A stretch of 64,000 nucleotides of DNA from a virus: IMG/VR virus record IMGVR_UViG_3300045988_147856, one strand, 5' to 3'. Shown piece by piece: positions 45,857-55,066 of this stretch. Numbering within the stretch: position 1 is the stretch's first letter; the number at the start of each line of letters is the position of its first letter. The position numbers and the translations under genes were made by a program. Under the pieces are notes generated by a model that was not told where the DNA came from, made no database searches, and saw only the letters and a list, made by a program, of their open reading frames with translations.

Positions 45857-45888
45857 CGCGTGAGCTGTTATATGTTCACGCGTTTTTT
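45857..45888 (+). terminator. Intrinsic terminator (plus strand) ending the ORF-poor segment
   Basis: CGCGTGA-12 nt-TCACGCG followed by TTTTTT. Confidence 0.65.
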
Positions 45889-45892
45889 AATA

Positions 45893-45901
45893 TGCTAAAA
45901 T
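45893..45901 (+). promoter_or_regulatory. Extended -10 element of the rightward early promoter
   Basis: TGcTAAAAT, 36 nt upstream of the 45938 ATG. No good -35 element. Confidence 0.5.
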
Positions 45902-45937
45902 GCATATAAAAATTTTAAATAAGGACGGTAAAAAATC

Positions 45938-46840
45938 ATGAAAAAGACAACAGAAAAGAAAGCATTACGGAATATTGCGGATATCAGAGCAGATCTTGAA
46001 ACACGCGCCAACGCCTACAACGCGGCAATAAATGCCGATGATACAAAGGCGGCAGAGCTCGAAAAGCTCGACAATGAAACATCAGAGCTTGAAAAAGAGT
46101 ACACCCGCGCCGCGTTTCATGCAACGGCTCTTGAACTGCTCGATAGCCCCGCGCCCATGCTTGCGGCGGCAACAGCTCTAACTTTCGAGACGCTGAAACA
46201 CAAAGACAAAGAGGATGAAAACGGCATAAAGTCGCGCGAACTCGTCACGGCTGAACGCCCGCTTGACTTTGTCGCGCTTGAATCATTCTTTGTCGAGCGC
46301 GGAAAGAAATTCGGCGCGGAATCTGCGTGGATTTACAAAGTCGCGGCTTTTAATCGTTTGCTCTGCATGAGAACGGCGCAAAGTATCGGCGCGGATGTGA
46401 AAACAGTCGCGGAGAAGTTCGCTACACCTACACAAGCCCGCGATATCAATCTCGGCAAAACGCCGACAAGCAACACGCAACTGCTCAAGCAGTTACAGAT
46501 GATAATTGACTCTATGCTTTATGTAGAGGGCGAAAAGGGCAATGTCTATAAAGCAAATTCGCACGATGTCGGTTATCTGTTGTCCCTCTACGCAAAGAAA
46601 GGGCACGGCGTTCTGAGTGTTGCGGCGGCTCGCCCGAAGTATCTTGAAAAGCTTATCGCTGAAATACTTCACCGCATAGTTACCGAAAAGTCCTATAATA
46701 TCGAGTTCAAGGAAAAGAAAGACCGCGCAAGCGGCAAGATAGATCCTAAACCCGCCGGGGCTGTTGAATCCGCGAGAAAATCCGCGAAAAAATCGAGTGC
46801 AAAGGCTCAGACAAAGGCAAAGGCAACAAAAGCGGCATAA
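45938..46840 (+). CDS. Ala-rich protein with Lys/Ala-rich histone-like C-terminal tail
   Basis: 300-aa ORF with SD AAGGACGG. Visibly higher GC than its neighbours. Tail KKSSAKAQTKAKATKAA. Confidence 0.7.
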   Translation: MKKTTEKKALRNIADIRADLETRANAYNAAINADDTKAAELEKLDNETSELEKEYTRAAFHATALELLDSPAPMLAAATALTFETLKHKDKEDENGIKSRELVTAERPLDFVALESFFVERGKKFGAESAWIYKVAAFNRLLCMRTAQSIGADVKTVAEKFATPTQARDINLGKTPTSNTQLLKQLQMIIDSMLYVEGEKGNVYKANSHDVGYLLSLYAKKGHGVLSVAAARPKYLEKLIAEILHRIVTEKSYNIEFKEKKDRASGKIDPKPAGAVESARKSAKKSSAKAQTKAKATKAA

Positions 46841-46906
46841 AAAAATTTACGCTCAAAAGTGAAATTAAATCAAAACTAAAAATCTAAATTAGAAGGGAAA
46901 TTTAAA

Positions 46907-47122
46907 ATGAAAACTAAAACAAAAATATATGCAATAATCGCAACCATCATGACCGCTTGTTATGCCGTACTGATTGCCCTGAGCGCGTGGAATCTCGGCG
47001 TACAGATGAAAATCAATGCGCTCAAAAGCGACGGCAGGAATGTTATGTACACCGACGCCGCCGCCTTCGCGGAGGTTTGCGATGAAATCGACCATCTAAA
47101 AACTCTAAAAGCGTGGAATTAA
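46907..47122 (+). CDS. Small membrane protein
   Basis: One TM segment; SD AGAAGGGAAA. Confidence 0.55.
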   Translation: MKTKTKIYAIIATIMTACYAVLIALSAWNLGVQMKINALKSDGRNVMYTDAAAFAEVCDEIDHLKTLKAWN

Positions 47123-47149
47123 ATCTAAAACAGAAAGGAATTGAAAATC

Positions 47150-47602
47150 ATGGTAAACACTATACAGAATGATTATGACATGCAGGCAAATGAGTTTTCA
47201 GAACGAAACGGAATTGAAATCAAAATCACTTTTAAGGAGCGAAATTCAAATCCGATGTGGGAGGAAAATTATTTGCGAAACTGCTATTCGGTTTATATCC
47301 GAAACACAAACAGCGGAGCGGTTATGCGCGTGACATTTTGGGATTCCATATATAACACAATACACAACATCACGCCGACTTGCTACGACATTCTCGCGTG
47401 TTTGACGAAGTATGACCCCGGTGACTATGAGGATTTTTGTTCGGAATTTGGGTATGAAACCGAAACCGAAAACGAATTCGGCAGACTAACACAAAATCCG
47501 AACGCTTATAAGATTTGGAAGGCGTGTTGTCACGAATGGGAAGGAGTAAAGCGCGTATTCGGAGAAGATGAAATACTCGAAGAATTGCGCGAAATAAACT
47601 AA
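47150..47602 (+). CDS. Hypothetical early protein
   Basis: ATG after AGAAAGGAA. The YDILACLTKYDPGDYEDFCSEFGYE motif is one I recall from phage/plasmid accessory regions. Confidence 0.6.
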   Translation: MVNTIQNDYDMQANEFSERNGIEIKITFKERNSNPMWEENYLRNCYSVYIRNTNSGAVMRVTFWDSIYNTIHNITPTCYDILACLTKYDPGDYEDFCSEFGYETETENEFGRLTQNPNAYKIWKACCHEWEGVKRVFGEDEILEELREIN

Positions 47603-47718
47603 AGAAAATCACTTCGGAAATTGGTAATGAAATTATATTCCCGAAGTGTTTCTATTCTCAAAACATACTCTAAATACTACAAAATCGAAACGAAAATGAA
47701 AGGAGCGAACATTTTACT

Positions 47719-47925
47719 ATGTCATACGAAAAGTTTGTAAAGGGAGTGATATGGAAAGTCGGATTTGAAACGAAAATCCGTTTTGAAAACGACGGCGAAA
47801 AGTATACGGCATACATAACGGGCGGAATTATTATCTACGGAAATAGCATATCCGCTCTTGTATTGGTGCGCTGGGGCGACGGTCATTCGGCGCGAATAAA
47901 ATTAGAGGAGAAAAGGAAATCATGA
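47719..47925 (+). CDS. Hypothetical small early protein
   Basis: SD AAAGGAG, in a compact co-directional array. Confidence 0.55.
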   Translation: MSYEKFVKGVIWKVGFETKIRFENDGEKYTAYITGGIIIYGNSISALVLVRWGDGHSARIKLEEKRKS

Positions 47926-48101
47926 GCTATAGTACCTATGGGGTCGAAGTCGAAAAGAAAAACGGTTTGGTAATCGGAAAGCATTTCGACAATCTCGATG
48001 ATGCTATGTGTGTAGCCGAACGGGCTGTGTATGAGCGCGGCTGCGTGTGGTCGTGCGTATATATGCCTAACGGCGATATCTATGTTGAGTATGAGATGTA
48101 A
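47922..48101 (+). CDS. Hypothetical small early protein (59 aa)
   Basis: ATGA overlap with the upstream stop. Under the track cutoff. Confidence 0.5.
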   Translation: MSYSTYGVEVEKKNGLVIGKHFDNLDDAMCVAERAVYERGCVWSCVYMPNGDIYVEYEM

Positions 48102-48272
48102 ATCGAATACAGCGTTAGCTAATATGAAGTATAGCTTTAGCTAATACGAAAAATGTAGCGTAAAATTTTAAAAGATTTTGGTAAATAATCGAGGTCGTGA
48201 TATAAGATAGAGCCGCCGTGAAAGGGAAACCAAACTCGGCAACTAAATTTAAAATCAGAAAGGAAATGAATT

Positions 48273-48479
48273 ATGAAAATTGAGAATAGAGTTGAAGACC
48301 ATATAAATTTTGACGAGATTCGCTGTGGCGATATGTTTCGTGGCGATGACGGTTGTTATTATATGAAACTACTTGGTACAAGTTGCTATGCCGCTGTTAA
48401 TCTTGCTACTGGGATAGTATCAAAATTTGATGATGCCGAACTCGTAACCCCGGTGCCTAACGCAAAAATAGTAATTTAA
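48273..48479 (+). CDS. Hypothetical small early protein
   Basis: Preceded by the junction motif AAATTTAAAATCAGAAAGGAAAT. Confidence 0.6.
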   Translation: MKIENRVEDHINFDEIRCGDMFRGDDGCYYMKLLGTSCYAAVNLATGIVSKFDDAELVTPVPNAKIVI

Positions 48480-48500
48480 AATCAGAAAGGAAATGAAAAA

Positions 48501-48722
48501 ATGACGAATGGCAGGGCGTATGCCGTTATTGCAAAGCACACATTTGTAGCGTATAGGAAATATGAGGGCGATAGACAGATAATTGTTTTTGCTACAAATA
48601 TCGACGAGGCAGAGTACATAGCAAAAAAGGTGTTTGATACAAGCTCTGTATTTGTTAAGCGAATAAGTCCAACAGCAAATCCGCAAGCGTTTACAGCAAA
48701 TCCGCAGATGTTTGAAATATAG
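48501..48722 (+). CDS. Hypothetical small early protein
   Basis: Preceded by the junction motif TAATTTAAAATCAGAAAGGAAAT. Confidence 0.6.
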   Translation: MTNGRAYAVIAKHTFVAYRKYEGDRQIIVFATNIDEAEYIAKKVFDTSSVFVKRISPTANPQAFTANPQMFEI

Positions 48723-48752
48723 TGATAATTTAAAATCAGAAAGGAGATCAAA

Positions 48753-48947
48753 ATGAAAATCGAAATCAAAACCGGGAACGCTGCTTTTCATGACTGTGAC
48801 GCGGAAAATGAATATGCCGACTACTACACCACGGCGGCTGAGCTTGACCGAATTTTCGGGCAAATAAGCAGAGCTGTAGCCGAAGGGCGAACAGACGGCA
48901 AGGTGATAGACAGCAACGGAAACATATGCGGAGAGTGGAAGATTTGA
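48753..48947 (+). CDS. Hypothetical small early protein
   Basis: Preceded by the junction motif TAATTTAAAATCAGAAAGGAGAT. Confidence 0.6.
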   Translation: MKIEIKTGNAAFHDCDAENEYADYYTTAAELDRIFGQISRAVAEGRTDGKVIDSNGNICGEWKI

Positions 48948-48948
48948 A

Positions 48949-49158
48949 ATGAAAATGATTTTTGTTGTGGTTGTCACTGCCGAAAACGGAAAGTATTTCG
49001 CCTTCGCCGACACGATAGCGACGGGTAATAACTTAATCGCCATACTTAAAAGATACAACGCTGATATATGCCATTTATGCGAAAGCCGTATAGAGGCGGA
49101 GAAACTGGCGCGAAAATGGAATGAGGCGTATAGACAAAACGGTACAAACTTATTTTAA
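48949..49158 (+). CDS. Hypothetical small early protein
   Basis: Start is coupled to the upstream stop. Confidence 0.55.
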   Translation: MKMIFVVVVTAENGKYFAFADTIATGNNLIAILKRYNADICHLCESRIEAEKLARKWNEAYRQNGTNLF

Positions 49159-49176
49159 ATCAGAAAGGGAATCAAA

Positions 49177-49380
49177 ATGGAATTGAGATTTGCAATCACA
49201 ACTGTAATTGAAATTGCCTTCGTCGTCGCGTTTTTGTATGCGCTGTGGCACGAGGGTAAAATTATAGCTTTCGAGGAACGGATGGAAGATGCCGTAGCTC
49301 GATGGCTTGCAAAGAAAATCATAAACAGAAGGAGGAGGGCTGCGGTTGACAGAAGAAGACAGAATGAAAAGGTTCGTTAA
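49177..49380 (+). CDS. Small membrane-anchored basic protein
   Basis: Preceded by the junction motif. TM segment followed by an Arg-rich tail. Confidence 0.55.
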   Translation: MELRFAITTVIEIAFVVAFLYALWHEGKIIAFEERMEDAVARWLAKKIINRRRRAAVDRRRQNEKVR

Positions 49381-49510
49381 GCACAAAATCAAAGTCCTAA
49401 AGGAATTGGGCGTGAGTTTGACAACCGAAGATGAAAAGCGTTTGGCGACGGCTTCCAGTTATATCGCTGTAGATAATATGGCGAGAACGATGATTCAGAA
49501 ATTAAATTGA
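49346..49510 (+). CDS. 54-aa small ORF
   Basis: TTG after AGGAGGAGGG (or ATG at 49364). Contains a 23-nt segment repeated exactly at 62210. Confidence 0.4.
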   Translation: MTEEDRMKRFVKHKIKVLKELGVSLTTEDEKRLATASSYIAVDNMARTMIQKLN

Positions 49511-49529
49511 AATTCAGGAGGAAAATGAA

Positions 49530-50276
49530 ATGAGATTTCAGGTTGGAGATCGAGTAAGAGCTATCCGAAATATATATGGTTTTGAGATTAAATTCCTTCG
49601 CGGAACGATAGCCACAATATCCGGAAACAATATAGGGGTGGCTTTTGATTCTTATGTACCGGGCGCACATAGTCTTGACGGACTATGTGAATATGGTTTG
49701 GGTTTGTGGGTTGGTGAAGATGATTTGGAGCTTATTGGTAAATCAACACCCGAACCGACGCTCAAGAAATGCAACGAGCGAGAAACATTAACTTTTGCGA
49801 CGCCGGAGCAGATTGTTGAGATTGTGAGCAAAACGGAAACTGGTTCTACTTTTACAATCAATGGGCTTAAGGCAGTTGTTATTGAACGGAACAATGGATT
49901 GGCTTGGTGTATTTCGGAGCCGATTCGGTGGAATAATGAATCGTTTGACTCGTTCTTGGCACAGTATCATTCTATCATGGTGGACTATGATTGGAGTATG
50001 GAGGATTTTGGAGATGATAAGGAATATCTTTCGCAAAGAGGAAAAGCGTTTCCGATATCTCTTGATGATTGGCGAAAACATTGGGACAAGATGGGTAGTT
50101 TCAAGATAGTGAATTCTATTTATAATCCTATTCGTCTCTCGACTGGATTAAAAAATACGCCATTTGTTGTGCGAGATATTCATTCGCGTCGAGTCGACGC
50201 GGGCTTGTTTAGCGGTAATCTTAATGTATGGAATGACACAACTTGCGTTAAGTTTGCTATCAAGAAGGAAATCTAA
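49530..50276 (+). CDS. Protein with N-terminal SH3/KOW-like module (paralogous to the next gene's domain)
   Basis: FQVGDRVRAIRNIYG...IGVAFD...GLWVGEDDLELI resembles 50277..50531. Confidence 0.6.
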   Translation: MRFQVGDRVRAIRNIYGFEIKFLRGTIATISGNNIGVAFDSYVPGAHSLDGLCEYGLGLWVGEDDLELIGKSTPEPTLKKCNERETLTFATPEQIVEIVSKTETGSTFTINGLKAVVIERNNGLAWCISEPIRWNNESFDSFLAQYHSIMVDYDWSMEDFGDDKEYLSQRGKAFPISLDDWRKHWDKMGSFKIVNSIYNPIRLSTGLKNTPFVVRDIHSRRVDAGLFSGNLNVWNDTTCVKFAIKKEI

Positions 50277-50531
50277 ATGGAAAACAGTTTCAAGGTTGGC
50301 GATAGAGTTAGGTGTATAAAGGACGTTGAAAATTATCCATCGGGAGGAAAGCTTGGAACGATCTGTAATGTGTGTAGTTCGTATATAGGCGTGGCTTTCG
50401 ATGAAGAGATTTCAGGACATACTTGTAACGGGATTTGCGCAGACGGACATGGTCTTTGGTGTTTTGCAAGCGAGCTTATCCCCGCAGTCTTCAAGAAAGC
50501 GTCAGAAAGAGAATACATAACAGAAATATAA
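50277..50531 (+). CDS. Stand-alone SH3/KOW-like small protein
   Basis: FKVGDRVRCIKDVEN...IGVAFDEEISGH...GLWCFASELI. Confidence 0.6.
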   Translation: MENSFKVGDRVRCIKDVENYPSGGKLGTICNVCSSYIGVAFDEEISGHTCNGICADGHGLWCFASELIPAVFKKASEREYITEI

Positions 50532-50555
50532 TTTAAAAATCAGGAGGAATTTAAA

Positions 50556-52139
50556 ATGTATTTTGAAAATGAAAATAAAAAGTTTATGGAAGAACATAAT
50601 AGCTTTACGGCAGAGGTTGATTATTACACAAAGCAGGTCAAGAAGATTTTCGATACTATCGGTATAGACCATGATTACACGATAAGCGGGATAAGAACCA
50701 ATGTTAGCGCGTGGCTCAATGAGAAGGAACCGGTATTTGAACTTCTGCGGAAGCATCCTATGTGGAATGAAAAAGCAAAAGCGATTGTGTTTCTTAGAGA
50801 TGAAATACGCTCGGCAGACATGGGTAAATTCAGATATGACCTTGAAGAACTTGAGTCATACATCGATAAAAAGATAAGCGAACATGGCATTAATCATAGC
50901 TCTATAGTAACCTCTGCTCTTCTCGCAATTTCAGAAAATGTAACGAAAGAGATTAGCGAAGAAGAGGCTGAAAAGATAAACAAGATCGGTTACTACAAGG
51001 AAATTCGTTCCGGAATGAAACGAAGCCGTGTTATCAATAACATATTTAAAGAATACCCCGTTGGCGACGATTACAAATTCGACGCAACGGGGCTTGTTGA
51101 CCCTCACGAAAACGGTGACAGAAATTATGACAGCTACAACAAGAGATTTGCTGTTGTTGCCGATGACACGAATCCGCTCAAGATTAAGCGCATAACAGTT
51201 TTAAGTGCGAATATTTGTGATTTCCTTCTGATGTCAAACGGAAATTCGTGGAGCAGTTGTCACTTTATTAACAGCAACGGTGCATATCAGGGATGTTATA
51301 AGGCGGGAACGCTGAGTTATGCTAACGACGGCACGAGTATGATTTTCTATACACTCCCCGAATCTTATACGGGCGACGAGTGGTTTATGGAAGAGAAAAT
51401 TACTCGCCAGCTCTTCTTTTACCAGAACGGTCTACTTCTACAGTCCCGTCTGTACCCGAAGGGCGGAGATTCAACCAGCGAAAATTATCGCGATTATAGG
51501 GCTGTTGTTCAGGATATTATGTCAACTTGTCTTGAAGTACCGAATCTGTGGAAGAAAGTAGATTGCGATTGGGATGAGCTTATAACAACCCACGACAATA
51601 GTTTTCACTACCGTGATTATTATGAGTTTCCCGATGAATGTGTTTTTACATACAATAAGGAAATGGAATCGAAAATCAATTCAGGTTTGTATATCGGTGG
51701 AGATTCCTATTGTGTCGATTGCGGCGACTTGATGAACACTTATGATGACAAAGAAAGTGAGTTACAGTGTATTGACTGTTGCGAGGGAAATCATTGTTAT
51801 CGCTGTGGTTGCTCAGTGGGCGATGAAGACAATCTGCACGAAATAGACGGAGAACTCTATTGTGAGGACTGTTGCTTCTGGTGTGAGGTTCATGAGCAGT
51901 GGGAGATCAGGTATGGCTATAGGAGCGACGACTTCGAGCGAGATGTTTATATAGATGGGGAGTCTTACACGATGTGCGACGATGCTTTTGATGATAATGT
52001 GGTGTATTGCGAGAGGTGCGGCGAGTATGAGTGGAAAGACGAAGCTCATTTTGTGGATGACACTTGTATGTGTAGAAACTGCTATGAAGAATATATGAAA
52101 GAGAAAAACGAGGAGGAAAACGAAAATGAAGTTGCTTAA
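50556..52139 (+). CDS. 527-aa protein with multi-CxxC zinc-ribbon C-terminus
   Basis: Preceded by the junction motif. The C-terminal 150 aa contain at least 8 CxxC pairs. Confidence 0.7.
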   Translation: MYFENENKKFMEEHNSFTAEVDYYTKQVKKIFDTIGIDHDYTISGIRTNVSAWLNEKEPVFELLRKHPMWNEKAKAIVFLRDEIRSADMGKFRYDLEELESYIDKKISEHGINHSSIVTSALLAISENVTKEISEEEAEKINKIGYYKEIRSGMKRSRVINNIFKEYPVGDDYKFDATGLVDPHENGDRNYDSYNKRFAVVADDTNPLKIKRITVLSANICDFLLMSNGNSWSSCHFINSNGAYQGCYKAGTLSYANDGTSMIFYTLPESYTGDEWFMEEKITRQLFFYQNGLLLQSRLYPKGGDSTSENYRDYRAVVQDIMSTCLEVPNLWKKVDCDWDELITTHDNSFHYRDYYEFPDECVFTYNKEMESKINSGLYIGGDSYCVDCGDLMNTYDDKESELQCIDCCEGNHCYRCGCSVGDEDNLHEIDGELYCEDCCFWCEVHEQWEIRYGYRSDDFERDVYIDGESYTMCDDAFDDNVVYCERCGEYEWKDEAHFVDDTCMCRNCYEEYMKEKNEEENENEVA

Positions 52140-53145
52140 CATATTTAAGTTCCCGCAGGACAAGCTCAAGGCGGCGTTGGTTTGTCATCTTAGGGACAAG
52201 GGGTATTCGCCGATAGTGAGAGACGGGTTCGTGTACGCCGAGGGTGAAATCCCAGTTCTGCTTGTTGCTCATATGGACACGGTACATAAGCATACACCGG
52301 ATATCATTTGTATGTCCGATGATAAAAGCATAATGATGTCTCCGTTCGGAATAGGTGGAGACGACAGATGCGGAGTTACGATGATTCTTGAGGTTATCAA
52401 AGAACTGCGGTGTCATGTGCTCTTTACGGAGGATGAGGAAATCGGCGGCGTGGGTGCGGGAAAGTTTTGCGCGAGTGGAATAAAACCAAAAATCAATTTC
52501 ATAATCGAATTTGACCGAGCGCATGAAAGGGACGCGGTTTATTATGAGCTTGATAACGAGGTGTTTGCTGAAACGGTAGAAAAATACGGATTTAAGCGAG
52601 ACTACGGTTCTTATTCGGACATAGTGGATATAGCGCCGGTACTCGGGTGTGCCGCCGTTAATTTGTCGTGTGGATATTATAACGCTCACACTCAGCACGA
52701 ATTTGTTTCTATCCCGCAAATGTACGCACAGGTTGAGAGAGCAAAGAAGCTTATAGCAAATGAGTGTAACAATTTCTTCGAATGGAAGGAGCTCGTATAC
52801 GATAGAAGTTGGGATAGCGGAAATTGGTGCTACGGCGGATGGTACGATAATTATGACTACTATGACAGCAAAAACAAATCCAAATCTAAGAGTAAAGCCA
52901 AGCCTGTGTCCAAGGAAGTGTCACTTATACCAGACGACGCATACCTTCAATCGTCAGACGGTGACTGGATTGATGTCGGAGAGGAGATAGATGATTTCTT
53001 CGTGGATGATTCGGGAACGGTATATGTATACGACTCCGAATACTTAATGGTAATTCCATTATTTGAATATGTGGCGATAAGCGCAAATGGAGTGCCTTGT
53101 AAAATGGATCCGGACAACAGTTTTGTGGTTGAGGTTGAAGGATAA
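52126..53145 (+). CDS. M20/M28/M42-type metallopeptidase-like protein
   Basis: LLVAHMDTVH ... GGDDRCG ... FTEDEEIGGVGA gives the metal-ligand order H/D, D, EE. Confidence 0.65.
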   Translation: MKLLNIFKFPQDKLKAALVCHLRDKGYSPIVRDGFVYAEGEIPVLLVAHMDTVHKHTPDIICMSDDKSIMMSPFGIGGDDRCGVTMILEVIKELRCHVLFTEDEEIGGVGAGKFCASGIKPKINFIIEFDRAHERDAVYYELDNEVFAETVEKYGFKRDYGSYSDIVDIAPVLGCAAVNLSCGYYNAHTQHEFVSIPQMYAQVERAKKLIANECNNFFEWKELVYDRSWDSGNWCYGGWYDNYDYYDSKNKSKSKSKAKPVSKEVSLIPDDAYLQSSDGDWIDVGEEIDDFFVDDSGTVYVYDSEYLMVIPLFEYVAISANGVPCKMDPDNSFVVEVEG

Positions 53146-53163
53146 AAGGAAAGGAGAGTTAAA

Positions 53164-53820
53164 ATGAATAACGGTTTAACAATCAAAGATGCGACTGAAC
53201 GCTGGGTTCACGAAATGAACGCTATACCTACCGGCATGATTGAAAAGATGATGGAAGCAGATATAGATGATTGGAGAGAAGTTACATTGCCGAGCGTCGG
53301 CGATCAGGTATATGCAAATAGCTATGGGTTGGGCGAGGTCGCAGAAGTAACATCAACTGAAGACGGTGTTGTGCTTGTGGTTGATTTAGATGTGCCACGG
53401 AGTGAACAGGTGGAAATTCCTGCGGATGAGGTTGAGATTGAGCGTCTCGAATTACTCCCGATGTGGGGTACAATGTGGTCGTTTGGCGACTCCGCAGATG
53501 ATTGGTGGCTTGAAGAGGACGACGGAATCGAAATCATGTCGGAGTGCGGGTTTAGAATTTACGAATCTGACGAGTTCGGATATTTCTTTGGCATAGACGG
53601 AGCGGGTTACAGTTTCTACGATGCACACTGGATTCCGCTCTATAAGGCAAGAGGGCTTCAATGGCACGACCCAGTAGCGGAGCAGGAATACCAAATGTTA
53701 AGCAAAGGGTATAAGAAAGAAAAATTGGGCGCGAATACATACTGGATGGACAAAAATAATAATGTAATTGAAGAAGTAATCAAAGACTATTTTAACTTTT
53801 CTTACAAGGAGGAATTTTAA
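53164..53820 (+). CDS. Hypothetical early protein
   Basis: SD AAAGGAGAG. Conserved-looking motif FGIDGAGYSFYDAHWIPLYKARGLQWHD. Confidence 0.6.
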   Translation: MNNGLTIKDATERWVHEMNAIPTGMIEKMMEADIDDWREVTLPSVGDQVYANSYGLGEVAEVTSTEDGVVLVVDLDVPRSEQVEIPADEVEIERLELLPMWGTMWSFGDSADDWWLEEDDGIEIMSECGFRIYESDEFGYFFGIDGAGYSFYDAHWIPLYKARGLQWHDPVAEQEYQMLSKGYKKEKLGANTYWMDKNNNVIEEVIKDYFNFSYKEEF

Positions 53821-53821
53821 A

Positions 53822-54418
53822 ATGGGATGGACAAGTTATCATGCGTCGTTCTATAAGAACGGCAAAATAGATAGAAAAGCAGAGTGCGACAGCATAATGA
53901 ATTGCGATATGGTAGGTAACAAGGGGAGATATGAAGTGCTCAAATCTGCTATGGTGGGCTCTACTTACTATGCCGCTGTAAAGAAAACCATTTTCAAAAC
54001 GGGAACTAAGCCCGAAAAGGAAAGCGTTTTTGGAGTGGTAATGCTCACGTCCGTTAACAACAAAGACTATTATAACTTTTCTTACAAGGATATAGATGAG
54101 AGCGCTGGTCCCGGTTACTATGATTGTCCGAAAGGAATACTTGATTTGCTTACCCCTACGGAGTATGAGTGGGCAGAGAAATGGCGAGAGCGCTGCTATG
54201 AGAATATAAAAAGAAAAAAGAGTCCAGACGCACTCAGCAATCTGCCAATCGGAAGTGAAATCAAATTTACTCTGTGGGACGGTACTGAAAAACGGTTGGT
54301 AAAGCATCCGGCTGCGTATCAGTTTAGTCGTCCGTTTTGGATGAACTTAAATGAATATACATATGTGTCGGTAAACAGAATCCCTAAGAACTACGAAGTA
54401 ATAAGAAGAGGCGCGTAA
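53822..54418 (+). CDS. Hypothetical early protein
   Basis: SD GGAGGAA; 198 aa. Confidence 0.6.
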   Translation: MGWTSYHASFYKNGKIDRKAECDSIMNCDMVGNKGRYEVLKSAMVGSTYYAAVKKTIFKTGTKPEKESVFGVVMLTSVNNKDYYNFSYKDIDESAGPGYYDCPKGILDLLTPTEYEWAEKWRERCYENIKRKKSPDALSNLPIGSEIKFTLWDGTEKRLVKHPAAYQFSRPFWMNLNEYTYVSVNRIPKNYEVIRRGA

Positions 54419-54463
54419 CCATGTTTGATTATCGATAATATTAATTCAAAAAGGAGAATTAAA

Positions 54464-55036
54464 ATGCCAAATTGGGTAACAAATCGAATTGTGTTTCACG
54501 GAGATCAGGAGAATATAGACAGGGTTCTTCAGTACATAAAAGGAAATGGGTCTAAAATCGACTTCAACAAAATTATTCCAATGCCCGACAACATTTATCG
54601 CGGTGATTTAGGCAAGAGGGAGAGGGAGCTGTACGGCTCAAATAATTGGTATGATTGGAGTGTGGCGAATTGGGGCACGAAATGGAACGCGCAACACTCC
54701 TTGCTCAACAACAAGAATACACTGTGGTTTGATACGGCGTGGACCTGCCCTATACCCGTACTCAATAAGCTTGCAGAGATTTGCTGTGTAAACGATGTTA
54801 GGTTTGAAGGGGAATGGGCTGATGAGGATTGCGGTTGTAATGTTGGTGTGTTTTGGAGCGACAACTGTGTAGACGAAAACTGTGATTTTTATTATAAACC
54901 CATAGACGACGAGACAGACGAAGCATATGACATATATACCAAACTTAAAGGCGAAAACTATTGCTTGGATAAGGATGAACGCGGGCACTGGATTAAGTAT
55001 AGCTGCGACGACTGCCCTAATAGTGACAAATGTTAA
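54464..55036 (+). CDS. DUF1281 / Api92-like protein
   Basis: MPNWVTNRIVFHGD...FNKIIPMPD...ANWGTKWNA matches the family pattern I recall. ATG after AAAAGGAGAA. Confidence 0.6.
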   Translation: MPNWVTNRIVFHGDQENIDRVLQYIKGNGSKIDFNKIIPMPDNIYRGDLGKRERELYGSNNWYDWSVANWGTKWNAQHSLLNNKNTLWFDTAWTCPIPVLNKLAEICCVNDVRFEGEWADEDCGCNVGVFWSDNCVDENCDFYYKPIDDETDEAYDIYTKLKGENYCLDKDERGHWIKYSCDDCPNSDKC

Positions 55037-55066
55037 ATACATAACAGAAAGGAATTGAATTTGAAA

